Shown here one piece after another: positions 7,268-16,126 of a DNA stretch of 50,301 nt. The DNA is from Candidatus Uhrbacteria bacterium. GTDB lineage: Bacteria; Patescibacteriota; Patescibacteriia; UBA9934; GWF2-40-263. Made by a program: the position numbers and the translations under genes. Position 1 is the stretch's first letter. Each line of letters starts with the position of its first letter. Location of the stretch: assembly GCA_018700535.1 (NCBI GenBank), contig JABITQ010000043.1, forward strand, positions 1 to 50,301, read 5' to 3'. The notes under the pieces are model-generated. The model had not been told where the DNA came from. It was given only the letters and a program-made list of their open reading frames with translations, and ran no database searches.

Positions 7268-7921
7268 TCAAACCTCACCGTTCCACTCACGATAAAACTG
7301 ATTCAAAAACTCCTCCATGTATTCGTGACGCTTCTCGGCTATGGTCTTACCAGCCGTTGTGTTCATTCTGTCTTTTAACAGAAGGAGTTTCTCGTAGAAG
7401 TGATTGATGGTTGGGTCGATGTTTTTCTTATACTCTTCTTTTGACATATTTAACTTCGCCGGGATATCTGGGTCGTAAAGTTTTGCTCCTATAAACCCTC
7501 CGTAGTTAAACGTTCGAGCGATGCCGATGGCTCCGATGGCGTCGATTCTGTCTGCGTCTTGAACAAGATCAAGTTCTGGAGATCTAAAAGCTTGCTCATG
7601 GTTTCCACCTTTGAACGAGACATGTCGGATAATATTCTCGACATGAGAAATAACTTCAGTATCAACATCTAACGATTCTAAAAAGACAATGGCTTTCTCA
7701 GGGCCAACGTCCTCATTGCCACCATGAAACTTTGAGTCAGCAATGTCATGAAGGAGAGCGCCAAGCTCAACAACAAGCCGATCAGCTTTTTCATCTTCCA
7801 GAATAAGTTTCGCAAGAGACCAGACTCGAGAGATGTGCCACCAGTCATGGCCACCTTCTGCTTCTGCTAGCGTGTCTTTTACGAAGGTGATTGTTTTTTG
7901 GATGGTTTCGTCGTGGTTCAT
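7268..7921 (-). CDS. HD-domain metal-dependent phosphohydrolase
   Basis: GGHDWWHISRVWSLA...LGALLHDIADSKF (H..HD motif). YedJ/HD superfamily layout. Confidence 0.85.
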   Translation of the reverse strand: MNHDETIQKTITFVKDTLAEAEGGHDWWHISRVWSLAKLILEDEKADRLVVELGALLHDIADSKFHGGNEDVGPEKAIVFLESLDVDTEVISHVENIIRHVSFKGGNHEQAFRSPELDLVQDADRIDAIGAIGIARTFNYGGFIGAKLYDPDIPAKLNMSKEEYKKNIDPTINHFYEKLLLLKDRMNTTAGKTIAEKRHEYMEEFLNQFYREWNGEV

Positions 7922-7992
7922 ATAAGTGAAATTCTATCATAAAATCACAATGAGATTTTTGGGCAGCCTATATTAACTACCCCCAAGATTTC

Positions 7993-8021
7993 TTGACAAT
8001 ATGGGGCTAAATATCTAAGTT
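7993..8021 (+). promoter_or_regulatory. promoter TTGACA-N17-TAAGTT
   Basis: TTGACAatatggggctaaatatcTAAGTT, 40 nt upstream of ATG 8061. Confidence 0.5.
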
Positions 8022-8060
8022 TTCAGTCGGTATCTATACAACCTTAACAAAGGGGGGCAC

Positions 8061-8522
8061 ATGAGTGTTTCAACTGGAATTCCGCCGCTCACAGGTTTAA
8101 TCGCTCGATTGCTGGACGCGCGCGGTTGGGACAATGTTGGCTGGGCAAAGTATCTGAGCTGCAACAAGACATTCGTCGAAGATATTCGAAGGGGAGTCTT
8201 GAGGCCAACAGATGAGATGATGTCCGCCATCCTCTGTGAACTGGAGCGAACTCAAGATAGTTTGATGTCTGAAGACACCAAAGATGCGCTGGCTGCCTTT
8301 TGGGGTCATCTCCACTTTCTCGAAAATCCCGCAATAGGTCTGGACAAACCACCTCACGGTCTTACGTTGAGGGAGGGGGAATCAATCTCTGAGCGGTTTA
8401 CGCGATGGACCAACGAGGGCTGGCTCAGAAACCTGACCTCAAACCTCTATGCCATGCCTCCCGCTCAGCGCCGAGCATTCATCGAAGATCTACCGACGCT
8501 GTTTGAAAAGCACCGCCGGTAA
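8061..8522 (+). CDS. hypothetical protein, possible N-terminal HTH
   Basis: G-rich SD before the ATG. LIARLLDARGWDNVGWAKYLSCNKTFVEDIRRG is vaguely XRE-like. Otherwise unknown. Confidence 0.45.
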   Translation: MSVSTGIPPLTGLIARLLDARGWDNVGWAKYLSCNKTFVEDIRRGVLRPTDEMMSAILCELERTQDSLMSEDTKDALAAFWGHLHFLENPAIGLDKPPHGLTLREGESISERFTRWTNEGWLRNLTSNLYAMPPAQRRAFIEDLPTLFEKHRR

Positions 8523-8532
8523 GCACTCACGT

Positions 8533-8585
8533 CACCCCGCACGAAACCCCTTCGGGTCTACGTTCGTCGGGGTGCTTTTGTTTTT
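8533..8585 (+). terminator. intrinsic terminator
   Basis: caccccgcacgaa / ttcgtcggggtg stem followed by CTTTTGTTTTT. Confidence 0.7.
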
Positions 8586-8593
8586 GAATTTAT

Positions 8594-8628
8594 AAAGTCC
8601 TCACAAAAAGTGAGGACTTTATTTTTTT
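8594..8628 (+). terminator. second hairpin terminator (CACAAAAAGTG loop type)
   Basis: aaagtcctcac/gtgaggacttt stem followed by ATTTTTTT. Confidence 0.7.
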
Positions 8629-8658
8629 GCTAGGTAATTTTTTATCTACATCACTCTA

Positions 8659-8973
8659 TTACAAACACTTATACCCACAACTCTTCAACGTATCCGACAA
8701 CTGAACTTTCAATTGCGCACGCCCATTCCCACCTTTGAGATATTTCTCTCGACGTTTTGCCTCAGTTGCAGTGAGGTAAGATTCTGAGTAGATAAGTTTG
8801 AGTGGGAACCTGTTCTTGTTTGCGGGGACTTTTCCAGATTGATGTTCTTCAAGTCGGCGCTGAATGTCTGTTGAGTAGCCTACATAAAGCTTTCTGTCGC
8901 GCAGACTGAATAGAATATAGACGTGGTGTATATGTCTGAGTATAACAAAACAAGCCGCACTAAGCGGCTTGTT
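8659..8973 (-). CDS. GIY-YIG nuclease-family protein (UPF0213-like); open frame with no canonical start codon
   Basis: Not in the ORF track. Frame reads ...HVYILFSLRDRKLYVGYSTDIQRRLEEHQSGKVPANKNRFPLKLIYSESYLTATEAKRREKYLKGGNGRAQLK... No ATG/GTG/TTG before the domain; only ATA/ATT/CTG are available. Confidence 0.6.
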   Translation of the reverse strand, partial: NKPLSAACFVILRHIHHVYILFSLRDRKLYVGYSTDIQRRLEEHQSGKVPANKNRFPLKLIYSESYLTATEAKRREKYLKGGNGRAQLKVQLSDTLKSCGYKCL

Positions 8974-8975
8974 TT
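8941..8975 (-). terminator. intrinsic terminator closing the tRNA-Asp transcription unit
   Basis: aaaacaagccgc/gcggcttgtttt 12-bp stem with a 5-nt loop. The U-run continues as GUUAUA on the minus strand. Confidence 0.7.
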
Positions 8976-9134
8976 ATCTACCGAGATGATCTCTTGATGA
9001 TCTTTAGAGGTTGCATGGTCTCGATTTGTGACCATGCTGTCGAGCTCAGCTCGACTACCTCGCTGAAGTATAGATCGGTTGGACTGGGGTAAAGCTCAGC
9101 TTTACCGTTGCGCAACCAACCGAGCTCAGCTCGG
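8976..9134 (-). ncRNA. hairpin-rich trailer co-transcribed with tRNA-Asp (candidate structured RNA)
   Basis: Three hairpins with identical C-UGA-G triloops (CCGAGC-UGA-GCUCGG, GGUAAAGC-UGA-GCUUUACC, GUCGAGC-UGA-GCUCGAC). A GAGGU/ACCUC helix closes a three-way junction that contains GCAUGGUC/GACCAUGC. Confidence 0.4.
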
Positions 9135-9211
9135 TGGCGGACCGGACGGGACTCGAACCCGCGGTCTTCGCCGTGACAGGGCGACGTGATAACCAACTAC
9201 ACCACCGGTCC
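9135..9211 (-). tRNA. tRNA-Asp (anticodon GUC), CCA encoded
   Basis: GGACCGGTGGTGTAGTTGGTTATCACGTCGCCCTGTCACGGCGAAGACCGCGGGTTCGAGTCCCGTCCGGTCCGCCA. Cloverleaf with anticodon loop CTGTCAC. Confidence 0.95.
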
Positions 9212-9236
9212 ATCGGTTTATTTGTGCAGCGACGAA

Positions 9237-9265
9237 ATAATAGCACAGGGTTTGTTGGGGTGCAA
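9237..9265 (-). promoter_or_regulatory. promoter TTGCAC-N17-TATTAT for tRNA-Asp
   Basis: The -10 element ends ~25 nt upstream of the tRNA 5' end. Confidence 0.55.
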
Positions 9266-9329
9266 GAGGTTGGTTTGTGTGAAAAATGCTTGGTTTTATT
9301 GAGGGGCTAAATCGTTGGTTAGTCGGCTC

Positions 9330-9368
9330 TAGAAACAGAAAACCCCCCGAAGTCGTAACTAAGGGGGG
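9330..9368 (-). terminator. intrinsic terminator of the TPM-domain gene
   Basis: cccccc/gggggg stem followed by TTTTCTGTTT on the minus strand. Confidence 0.65.
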
Positions 9369-9383
9369 CAGTTGTTGCTGAGC

Positions 9384-10112
9384 TTAGTAGCTGCTGTCGC
9401 CGCCACTTCCATCGGAGTCTCCTCCACCAAAGCCGCTTCCGCCGCTACTGCCACTGGAATAGTCATGGTGGTGCGAACTGGAGAAACCGCTTCCGCTGGA
9501 TCCTCCAGAACCTCCTTTGGTGAACATTGACAGGAAGGCGATGAGGAGGACGATGACGATGATGATGACGATGAACTTGGTTCGTTCTTCATCGGTTGAC
9601 TCATTCGTGACTCTGCTGACATCAGAAGGTGCGTAGATGGTCCCGTTCAAGATGCCGATGATCTGTTCGGTGCCCGCTTCAAGTCCTGCCGCATCTTTGC
9701 CGCTCTTGAACTTGGGCACAACATGATCTGCGAGAATTGCGTCGATCATGCCGTTGGTCAGCTTGTCCTTGAGGCCGGAGCCAGTCTTGATGCTGAGTCC
9801 TCGTTCTTTGCGAGCATTCAGAAGCATCACACCGTTGTTGACGCCCACTTGTCCAACGCCCCATTCTGCCATGAGGTTCTTGGTGTAGCTCTTCGGAATT
9901 TCCGAATTGGTCGTTTCGACGGTCACCACAACCACCTGAGTGGTGGTGTCATTCTCCAGCCCACGCAGTCGCGCCTCCATCCTCGCTTCGACATCTGCCG
10001 GAATGACATTTGCGAAGTCGTGGACGAATTTGCCCGGCATGGGCTTTGGGTAGGCGAGGGCGGTCTGAGACCAGAAGAGCGCAAGAAGCGCGAGATACAG
10101 TGGACGAAACAT
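9384..10112 (-). CDS. TPM-domain (YgcG-like) membrane protein
   Basis: Signal peptide MFRPLYLALLALFWSQTALA. TPM core (FVHDFANVI...TTQVVVVTV...GVMLLNARKERGLSIKTGSGL), then a TM helix and a Gly/Ser/Asp-rich tail. Confidence 0.8.
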   Translation of the reverse strand: MFRPLYLALLALFWSQTALAYPKPMPGKFVHDFANVIPADVEARMEARLRGLENDTTTQVVVVTVETTNSEIPKSYTKNLMAEWGVGQVGVNNGVMLLNARKERGLSIKTGSGLKDKLTNGMIDAILADHVVPKFKSGKDAAGLEAGTEQIIGILNGTIYAPSDVSRVTNESTDEERTKFIVIIIVIVLLIAFLSMFTKGGSGGSSGSGFSSSHHHDYSSGSSGGSGFGGGDSDGSGGDSSY

Positions 10113-10159
10113 CGATGTCTCCAGCTTGATGTTAAACTGGGGATTTCCAGCAACAGGGG

Positions 10160-10188
10160 AGAGTAGTAGAAATAGGGGGTTTTGTCAA
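10160..10188 (-). promoter_or_regulatory. promoter TTGACA-N17-TACTCT
   Basis: TTGACAaaaccccctatttctacTACTCT on the minus strand. Confidence 0.5.
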
Positions 10189-10220
10189 TCTATCAGCTCT
10201 GCTACCATAGGTTCATTCAT

Positions 10221-10550
10221 ATGCATCGATTTATCAAAACATCCATCGCAAGCATCGGACTTCTTGCGTTTTTGTTTGCCCCATCGATGACTGCTGCACA
10301 TGCAGATATTGGAATGAGTGGTGAAATGGATCATGGAGAGATGACTGAGATGGATTGTCTTGAGCATTGCATTGAATTCTCAAACATATTGGATCATGAG
10401 GTGGGAGTCGTTCGGGGTGAGCAGGGTGTGTGGATGAGCGAGAGTGACTCGAGTATTTTTGTTAGACCACAGATTGTTCGTCTTTCTAATAACTTCACAC
10501 CAACACACAAAGACCCTCGGCTCAACCGAATCGTTCCACAAAGAGAATAG
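10221..10550 (+). CDS. small secreted His/Met/Cys-rich protein, putative copper-binding
   Basis: Start at MHRFIKTSIASIGLLAFLFAPSMTAAHA (signal peptide), then DIGMSGEMDHGEMTEMDCLEHC. Sits directly upstream of the copper module. Confidence 0.5.
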   Translation: MHRFIKTSIASIGLLAFLFAPSMTAAHADIGMSGEMDHGEMTEMDCLEHCIEFSNILDHEVGVVRGEQGVWMSESDSSIFVRPQIVRLSNNFTPTHKDPRLNRIVPQRE

Positions 10551-10578
10551 ACCCAGTTACAAAGTTGGTTTGTAATTC

Positions 10579-11946
10579 ATGTCTATTCTTTTTGTTATGG
10601 CAAAACAATATTGTTTCAGTGTTAAAGGAACCACGTGTGCGAGTTGCGAGGTGGTTATCGAGCGAGAGATTCGTCAGCTTGATGGGGTTCTTGGAGTTGA
10701 TGTCTCTCATCCGCGCGGAGAGGTAAGGGTTGATGTTCAAAAGGGGAGAGTGCTTGATCCATCAGAGCTGGATGAGATTTTAGGGAAGCACGGATATCGA
10801 TTTAGATTTCCAGAAGAGCAGGAGGAGCGCGGCGTGTGGAGCTTGAAGAGAATCGGTGCTGTGCTCCTTATTGTTGCGGCAGTTTACTTTGTTCTCGACA
10901 AGGTTGGGTTCTTGGTCTTTAGTCCAACACTCGATGGCTCCAGTGGATTCATCGGAGTGTTTGTTGTTGGGTTGATTGCGTCAGTCTCATCATGCACGGC
11001 TGTCCTCGGAGGGCTTGTCGTCGCGGTGTCTGCTTCTGAGGCAAAGAAAGGGGATGTGCAAACAACCTCAGAGCGCATGCGACCTCATTACTTATTCAAT
11101 GCAGGACGTCTCGCAGGGTTTGTCTTTTTTGGCGCCATCATCGGATTGATCGGCAGTCTCATACAGCTCTCTCCTGCAACAAATGGATTGATGATTCTCG
11201 TGGTCGCATTACTAATGATCGGTCTCGGTATTAATCTCTTAGAGATTGTCCCGCGCGGAGTCACGATACTGCGTCCACCCAAGTGGCTTTCACACAAGAT
11301 CCACGACCTCAGCTCATCGCACCACCCAAACGTTCCATTTTTTCTCGGAGCGCTAACATTCTTTTTACCTTGCGGATTCACACAAGCGATCCAGCTTTAC
11401 GCTCTTTCACTCGGTGACATGAAGTCGTCTGCGATACTGCTTGGAATTTTTGCTCTCGGCACACTTCCTGCTCTTCTTGGGATCGGTGCGATCACATCAT
11501 CTGCAAACGGGAAGAGGTTAAAACGCGTCACTCAATTTGCAGGCGTGCTTGTCCTCGTCCTTGGTGTGAGCAATGTTCAAAACAGCTTCGCACTGCTCGA
11601 CTGGCATCCGCTTTCTTTTACAAGCTCTGGCTACACAATGGATGCATCAACGTTCTCTATAGTAGATGGTGAGCAGGTAATTCAAATGGAGATCAGTGAG
11701 CGCGGGGTGTATATCCCGTCATCTCTTACAGTGGTAGAGGGCGTGCCTGTGCGCTGGGAGATTTTTGGCGCGGACTTTATGGGGTGCGCAGACTCGCTTG
11801 TTATGCGCGGGTTTGGTGTGAGTGAGTATCTTGAATCTGGAATGAATGTGGTTAATTTTATTCCTACAAAGACTGGCGATTTTACGTTTAGCTGCTCGAT
11901 GGGAATGATTCGCGGGACAATGCACGTTGTTGCTAACGAGGTATAA
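10579..11946 (+). CDS. HMA domain - TauE/SafE-like membrane domain - cupredoxin-like domain fusion protein
   Basis: N-terminal CFSVKGTTCASCEVVIE (CxxC HMA), ~7 TM segments, C-terminal VPVRWEI...FSCSMGMIRGTMHVV (cupredoxin-like). ATG 10597 is an alternative start. Confidence 0.75.
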   Translation: MSILFVMAKQYCFSVKGTTCASCEVVIEREIRQLDGVLGVDVSHPRGEVRVDVQKGRVLDPSELDEILGKHGYRFRFPEEQEERGVWSLKRIGAVLLIVAAVYFVLDKVGFLVFSPTLDGSSGFIGVFVVGLIASVSSCTAVLGGLVVAVSASEAKKGDVQTTSERMRPHYLFNAGRLAGFVFFGAIIGLIGSLIQLSPATNGLMILVVALLMIGLGINLLEIVPRGVTILRPPKWLSHKIHDLSSSHHPNVPFFLGALTFFLPCGFTQAIQLYALSLGDMKSSAILLGIFALGTLPALLGIGAITSSANGKRLKRVTQFAGVLVLVLGVSNVQNSFALLDWHPLSFTSSGYTMDASTFSIVDGEQVIQMEISERGVYIPSSLTVVEGVPVRWEIFGADFMGCADSLVMRGFGVSEYLESGMNVVNFIPTKTGDFTFSCSMGMIRGTMHVVANEV

Positions 11947-11955
11947 TAGATTTGT

Positions 11956-14100
11956 ATGAAGAAAATCAATATTGGAATTGAGGGGATGCATTGCGCGTCC
12001 TGTGCTGTAAAGATTGAAGGTTCAATGAATAAGATTGAGGGTGTAAAAAGCGCGAATGTTAACTATGCACTCGCAGAAGCTCAGGTCGAGTTTGATGAGG
12101 GAGTGATCCAGACCGAGCGGTTGCATAAGGTTGTGACAGACGAGGGTTACAAGGTTGTTGGTGGAGAGACTAAAGAAGATCATCATGTGGACACCAGTGG
12201 GTCTGACGCGCGTCGTATGGCGTTTGTATCCCTTTTGCTTGCAACGCCAGCATTTATCCTAGCAATGTTCGCGATCGAGCTTCCAGGCTCAGTTGCGGGT
12301 ATGAGTCTCTCAGGATGGATTCAGGGAATCCTCGCGTCTATCGTTGTATTTTGGCCGGGGCTGGAGTTTCACAAAAACGCGTTTCAGCAACTCAAACGCA
12401 AAAGCGCAAACATGGACACGCTTATTTCGATGGGGACGCTCGTGGCGCTTGTGTTCAGTTGGTACCAATTGATTATCGGTGGAGATCTGTATTTTGAAAC
12501 CGCGGCCATCATCACAACGTTTATTCTTCTTGGTCGCTACTTAGAGGCAAAGAGTAAGGGGCGTGCAAGTGAGGCTGTGATGAAGTTGCTTGAGCTTGGT
12601 GCAAAGGTTGCACATCGCGTGACGGAATCTGGTGAGACCGAGGATGTGCCTCTTGATCAACTACAGGTTGGAGACATGGTGCTTGTAAAGCCTGGTGAGA
12701 AGATTCCGCTCGACGGAATCGTAATCAAAGGGTCTTCGTCTATCGATGAGTCGATGCTTACGGGTGAGAGCTTGCCGGTTAGTAAGCATCTAGATGATTT
12801 GGTATTTGGTGCAACGCTTAATCAACAAGGGTCCTTAACGATCAGAATTGAAAAAGCGCAGGGAGACACTGTGCTCGCGCAAATTGTTCAGCTTGTAAAA
12901 GATGCTCAGCAAAATAAAGCACCGATTCAAAAGTTGGCAGATAAGATTGCGAGTGTGTTTGTTCCTGTGGTGATCAGTATTGCGATTCTTACCTTTGTGA
13001 TCTGGATGATTATCACTGGCGACATCAACGCTTCGTTAATTCCAGCGGTCGCCGTTTTGGTAATCGCATGCCCATGCGCACTCGGTCTTGCAACCCCCAC
13101 AGCGATTTTGGTTGGTACTGGTCGTGGGGCCAAGGATGGAATTTTGATTAAAAATGGAGAGGCACTTGAGCGTGGTCGCAATCTAGATGTCGTCATGTTT
13201 GATAAGACGGGCACACTTACGCAGGGTAAGCCTGTGGTGACTGATGTGGTGACGATTGATTCGACCGAGTCTGCTGTGCTTGCTGCAGCAGGGTCATTAG
13301 AGTCTCACTCTGAACATCCGCTAGCTCTTGCGATTGTGAATCGCGCAAAAGAAGCTGGTGCAAAGTTCAATGCTGTCAGCGGGTTTGAGTCGATCACAGG
13401 TCGCGGAGTAGTTGGTGTGATTGATGGCAAAAAGGTTGCTGTGGGGAGTCCTAAGATGATCGAAGGCAATGAGTCTTTTGGTCAGCTTGCGGACATCAAA
13501 CGGCTTCAGGATGAGGCTATGACGACTGTCGTTGTATTGATCGAAGACATTGTTGTGGGAATAATTGGTATTCGTGATGATGTAAAAGAAGGTGCAAAGG
13601 CAACGGTTGAATCGTTAAAGAAATCAGGGCTCGAAGTTGTGATGATTACAGGTGACCAGGCTCGTACTGCCGAGGCGATTGCGCGAGAGCTTGGGATTGA
13701 GACGTATGAGGCAGAGGTAATGCCTGATCAAAAGCTAGCGATCGTAAAGCGTGCACAAGGTGAGGGGAAGCATGTTGCGTTTGTTGGTGATGGAATCAAT
13801 GATGCACCTGCGATCACACAAGCAGATTTGGGAATCGCTGTTGGGAGTGGAACGGATATCGCGATCGAGGCCGGACAGATCGTGCTTGTGGGTGGTGGGC
13901 CAGAAAAAATTCCTCTCGCGATCTCACTTGCAAAGCGTACATATAGAGTGATTCAGCAAAACATGTTCTGGGCGTTCTTCTACAACATCGCCGCGATCCC
14001 ACTAGCTGCATTTGGATTCTTAAACCCAATGTTGGCATCAGCGGCCATGGCATTCTCGTCAGTGTCTGTTGTGCTAAACTCTCTCCGATTAAGAAAATAG
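11956..14100 (+). CDS. copA: copper-translocating P1B-type ATPase
   Basis: [12 protein letters not shown] (HMA), [35 protein letters not shown]. Confidence 0.95.
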   Translation: MKKINIGIEGMHCASCAVKIEGSMNKIEGVKSANVNYALAEAQVEFDEGVIQTERLHKVVTDEGYKVVGGETKEDHHVDTSGSDARRMAFVSLLLATPAFILAMFAIELPGSVAGMSLSGWIQGILASIVVFWPGLEFHKNAFQQLKRKSANMDTLISMGTLVALVFSWYQLIIGGDLYFETAAIITTFILLGRYLEAKSKGRASEAVMKLLELGAKVAHRVTESGETEDVPLDQLQVGDMVLVKPGEKIPLDGIVIKGSSSIDESMLTGESLPVSKHLDDLVFGATLNQQGSLTIRIEKAQGDTVLAQIVQLVKDAQQNKAPIQKLADKIASVFVPVVISIAILTFVIWMIITGDINASLIPAVAVLVIACPCALGLATPTAILVGTGRGAKDGILIKNGEALERGRNLDVVMFDKTGTLTQGKPVVTDVVTIDSTESAVLAAAGSLESHSEHPLALAIVNRAKEAGAKFNAVSGFESITGRGVVGVIDGKKVAVGSPKMIEGNESFGQLADIKRLQDEAMTTVVVLIEDIVVGIIGIRDDVKEGAKATVESLKKSGLEVVMITGDQARTAEAIARELGIETYEAEVMPDQKLAIVKRAQGEGKHVAFVGDGINDAPAITQADLGIAVGSGTDIAIEAGQIVLVGGGPEKIPLAISLAKRTYRVIQQNMFWAFFYNIAAIPLAAFGFLNPMLASAAMAFSSVSVVLNSLRLRK

Positions 14101-14109
14101 ATTACTTGC

Positions 14110-14826
14110 ATGAATGCACTAGAGATCAAAGGATTAACAAAGAAATACGACAACACGGTCGCGGTAGATGATTTAAGTATCACTATCAAACGAGGGGAGT
14201 TTGTTGGGTTGCTTGGAAAAAACGGTGCCGGAAAAAGCACGACGATCAAATGTATAACGGGCATCGCGCAGTTTCAGCAGGGAGAAATTTCTGTCATGGG
14301 GTTTGATGTCCAAAAAGATTATCAGGCCGCACGCGACGCGATTGGTCTCTCGCCCCAAGAGTTTAATGCAGATATTTTTGCACCCATCGAAAAAGTCCTC
14401 GACTTTGTTGGTGGTTACTTTGGGATGAACAAAGCTGAGCGTGAGGCGCGGATTGAAGAGCTGCTTGAGCGTTTTGGTTTGACCGATCACAAGGGCAAAC
14501 CTTTTGGAAAGCTCTCTGGCGGGCTAAAGCGTCGGCTCATTCTGGCGCGTGCACTCATGCACAATCCAGACGTGTTAATCCTCGACGAGCCTACTGCTGG
14601 GATCGATGTCGAGCAGCGTCATGCGCTTTGGGAGTATTTGATTGATCTGCACAAAGCAGGGAAGACGATCATCCTCACCTCGCATTATCTCGAGGAGGTG
14701 GAGCGTTTGTGCTCGCGTGTGATCGTGATCGACGAAGGAAAAAAGATCGCTGACCTCACAAAGGATCAGTTTACAAAAGGTGGGAACTCTCTTGAAAAAA
14801 CGTATCTTGAACTTACTCGCGTATGA
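14110..14826 (+). CDS. ABC transporter ATP-binding protein (ABC-2 exporter type)
   Basis: Walker A GKNGAGKST, signature LSGGLKRRL, Walker B LILDEPTAGID. Confidence 0.9.
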   Translation: MNALEIKGLTKKYDNTVAVDDLSITIKRGEFVGLLGKNGAGKSTTIKCITGIAQFQQGEISVMGFDVQKDYQAARDAIGLSPQEFNADIFAPIEKVLDFVGGYFGMNKAEREARIEELLERFGLTDHKGKPFGKLSGGLKRRLILARALMHNPDVLILDEPTAGIDVEQRHALWEYLIDLHKAGKTIILTSHYLEEVERLCSRVIVIDEGKKIADLTKDQFTKGGNSLEKTYLELTRV

Positions 14827-15584
14827 ACATGATCAGACTCGGCGCAGTTTCAAGACGCGAGATTCAGCGTTTTTTGCGCATCCCAATCCAAACACTCGTC
14901 TCCCCATGGATCTCTGCAACGCTCTACATTCTAGTATTTGGTGTCATCGTAGGGTCGCGCATTAGTTTTTTAGAAGGCATCGACTACATCGATTTTGTCT
15001 TCCCTGGAATCCTCATGCTTCAGTTGGTAAACGGCGCGATTGGTCAATCGTCATCCTCGCTCTATTTTCAGCGCTGGACACACACGATTGACGAGATGCT
15101 CGCCTCACCATTGTCGTACGCAGAGATGATCTTTGGCTATATCATCGGTGCGGTCACCAGAGCGCTGGCTGTGGGGGCGGGGATCTATTTGATTGCGCTA
15201 CTATTTACCGATGCAACTCCTGCGCACGTATTCCTCTTTTTATTCTATCTACTTGTCATCTCAATCATCTTCTCTCTCCTCGGTTTGCTTGTCGGACTCT
15301 GGGCAGAAAAGTTTGAGCATCTCACAGTTCTACAATCGTTCATCATCACACCGCTCATCTATGTCGGTGGCGTCTTCAACTCAATCGACATGCTGCCAGA
15401 GTCGATGCAGTTTGTTGCTCGACTAAATCCGTTTTTCTACATGGTCGATGGGTTACGTTACGCGATGATTGGTTACAGCGAGAGTCCATTGCTGCTTGGT
15501 GGAATTGGATTGTTGGCAGTTGCACTGATTCTTTTTGCTGCTGTATGGACACTCTTTCACAAAGGATGGAAACTTCGTTCGTAA
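14823..15584 (+). CDS. ABC-2 type transporter permease
   Basis: ATGA overlap with the ATPase gene. Six TM segments in an ABC-2 layout. Confidence 0.8.
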   Translation: MNMIRLGAVSRREIQRFLRIPIQTLVSPWISATLYILVFGVIVGSRISFLEGIDYIDFVFPGILMLQLVNGAIGQSSSSLYFQRWTHTIDEMLASPLSYAEMIFGYIIGAVTRALAVGAGIYLIALLFTDATPAHVFLFLFYLLVISIIFSLLGLLVGLWAEKFEHLTVLQSFIITPLIYVGGVFNSIDMLPESMQFVARLNPFFYMVDGLRYAMIGYSESPLLLGGIGLLAVALILFAAVWTLFHKGWKLRS

Positions 15585-15603
15585 GACCTGTGTAAACAAA
15601 GAA

Positions 15604-15641
15604 GCCCCACTGACCAGCATGGTCGGTGGGGCTTTCGTTTT
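15604..15641. terminator. bidirectional intrinsic terminator
   Basis: gccccactgacc/ggtcggtggggc 12-bp stem, TTTCGTTTT on plus and TTCTTTGTTT on minus. Confidence 0.8.
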
Positions 15642-15649
15642 GTGCGATG

Positions 15650-16018
15650 TCAGCTGCAGATGTAGTTCTCGACTTCTTCCTCGATCATCTGCTGTACTTG
15701 ATCGGCTCCCTTATAAGGGATGCCTTCTTTGCTGTTGAGCACAACTCCATCGCTTGGGCTGAGGATGATTGTGATCACAACCCGGCCCTCGTCTTTCACC
15801 TCGAAGCAGATTCCCGGTGACGCACCTTCGATCAAGCGACCAGAGATGGTCAGCATATAGGTTCGAAGAGTGGTGACGAGATTCTGTGCCATGATCATCG
15901 CAATGATGTCTCGGGCAAGTCGTTCTCGTTGGATCGCTGAGAGCACTCCGAAGTGTATCAGCATATTGGTGTCTGCGGGCCTGATAAGAGCCATTGAAGG
16001 CCCCCTTACTCTTTGCAT
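15650..16018 (-). CDS. hypothetical protein
   Basis: Start moved to ATG 16018 (GGAG 6 nt upstream), downstream of the TSS predicted from promoter 16051-16079. No domain recognised. Confidence 0.5.
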   Translation of the reverse strand: MQRVRGPSMALIRPADTNMLIHFGVLSAIQRERLARDIIAMIMAQNLVTTLRTYMLTISGRLIEGASPGICFEVKDEGRVVITIILSPSDGVVLNSKEGIPYKGADQVQQMIEEEVENYICS

Positions 16019-16050
16019 TGTCGCTCCGTTTGTTGGTTGGATGACTGAGG

Positions 16051-16079
16051 AACGTAGTCGTTTTTGCACAAACTGTCAA
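16051..16079 (-). promoter_or_regulatory. promoter TTGACA-N17-TACGTT
   Basis: TTGACAgtttgtgcaaaaacgacTACGTT on the minus strand. Confidence 0.55.
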
Positions 16080-16126
16080 CACTAGCTACTTATCTGTGCC
16101 AACAAAAAAGAAGGCATGAGATGCCT

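Noticed and set aside
7126-7407. 93-aa plus-strand track ORF
   Set aside because: It runs straight through two terminator hairpins and into the convergent HD gene, and it has no SD.
4907-9211. tRNA remnant (4907-4955) and tRNA-Asp (9135-9211) as attL/attR of a 4-kb island
   Set aside because: The 3' halves differ (GGAGGTTCGATTCCTCTTGCGTGCA versus GCGGGTTCGAGTCCCGTCCGGTCCG), and no mobility genes lie between them.
8978-9246. Track ORFs 8978-9196 and 9055-9246 (minus strand)
   Set aside because: They are read through tRNA-Asp and its structured trailer, so they are not coding.
15838-15854. 17-nt exact match gaccagagatggtcagc shared with the terminator at 428-444
   Set aside because: It is statistically unexpected, but it lies inside a coding region on the antisense strand with no flanking similarity. 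It is too short to interpret as a mobile or regulatory repeat without genome-wide counts.
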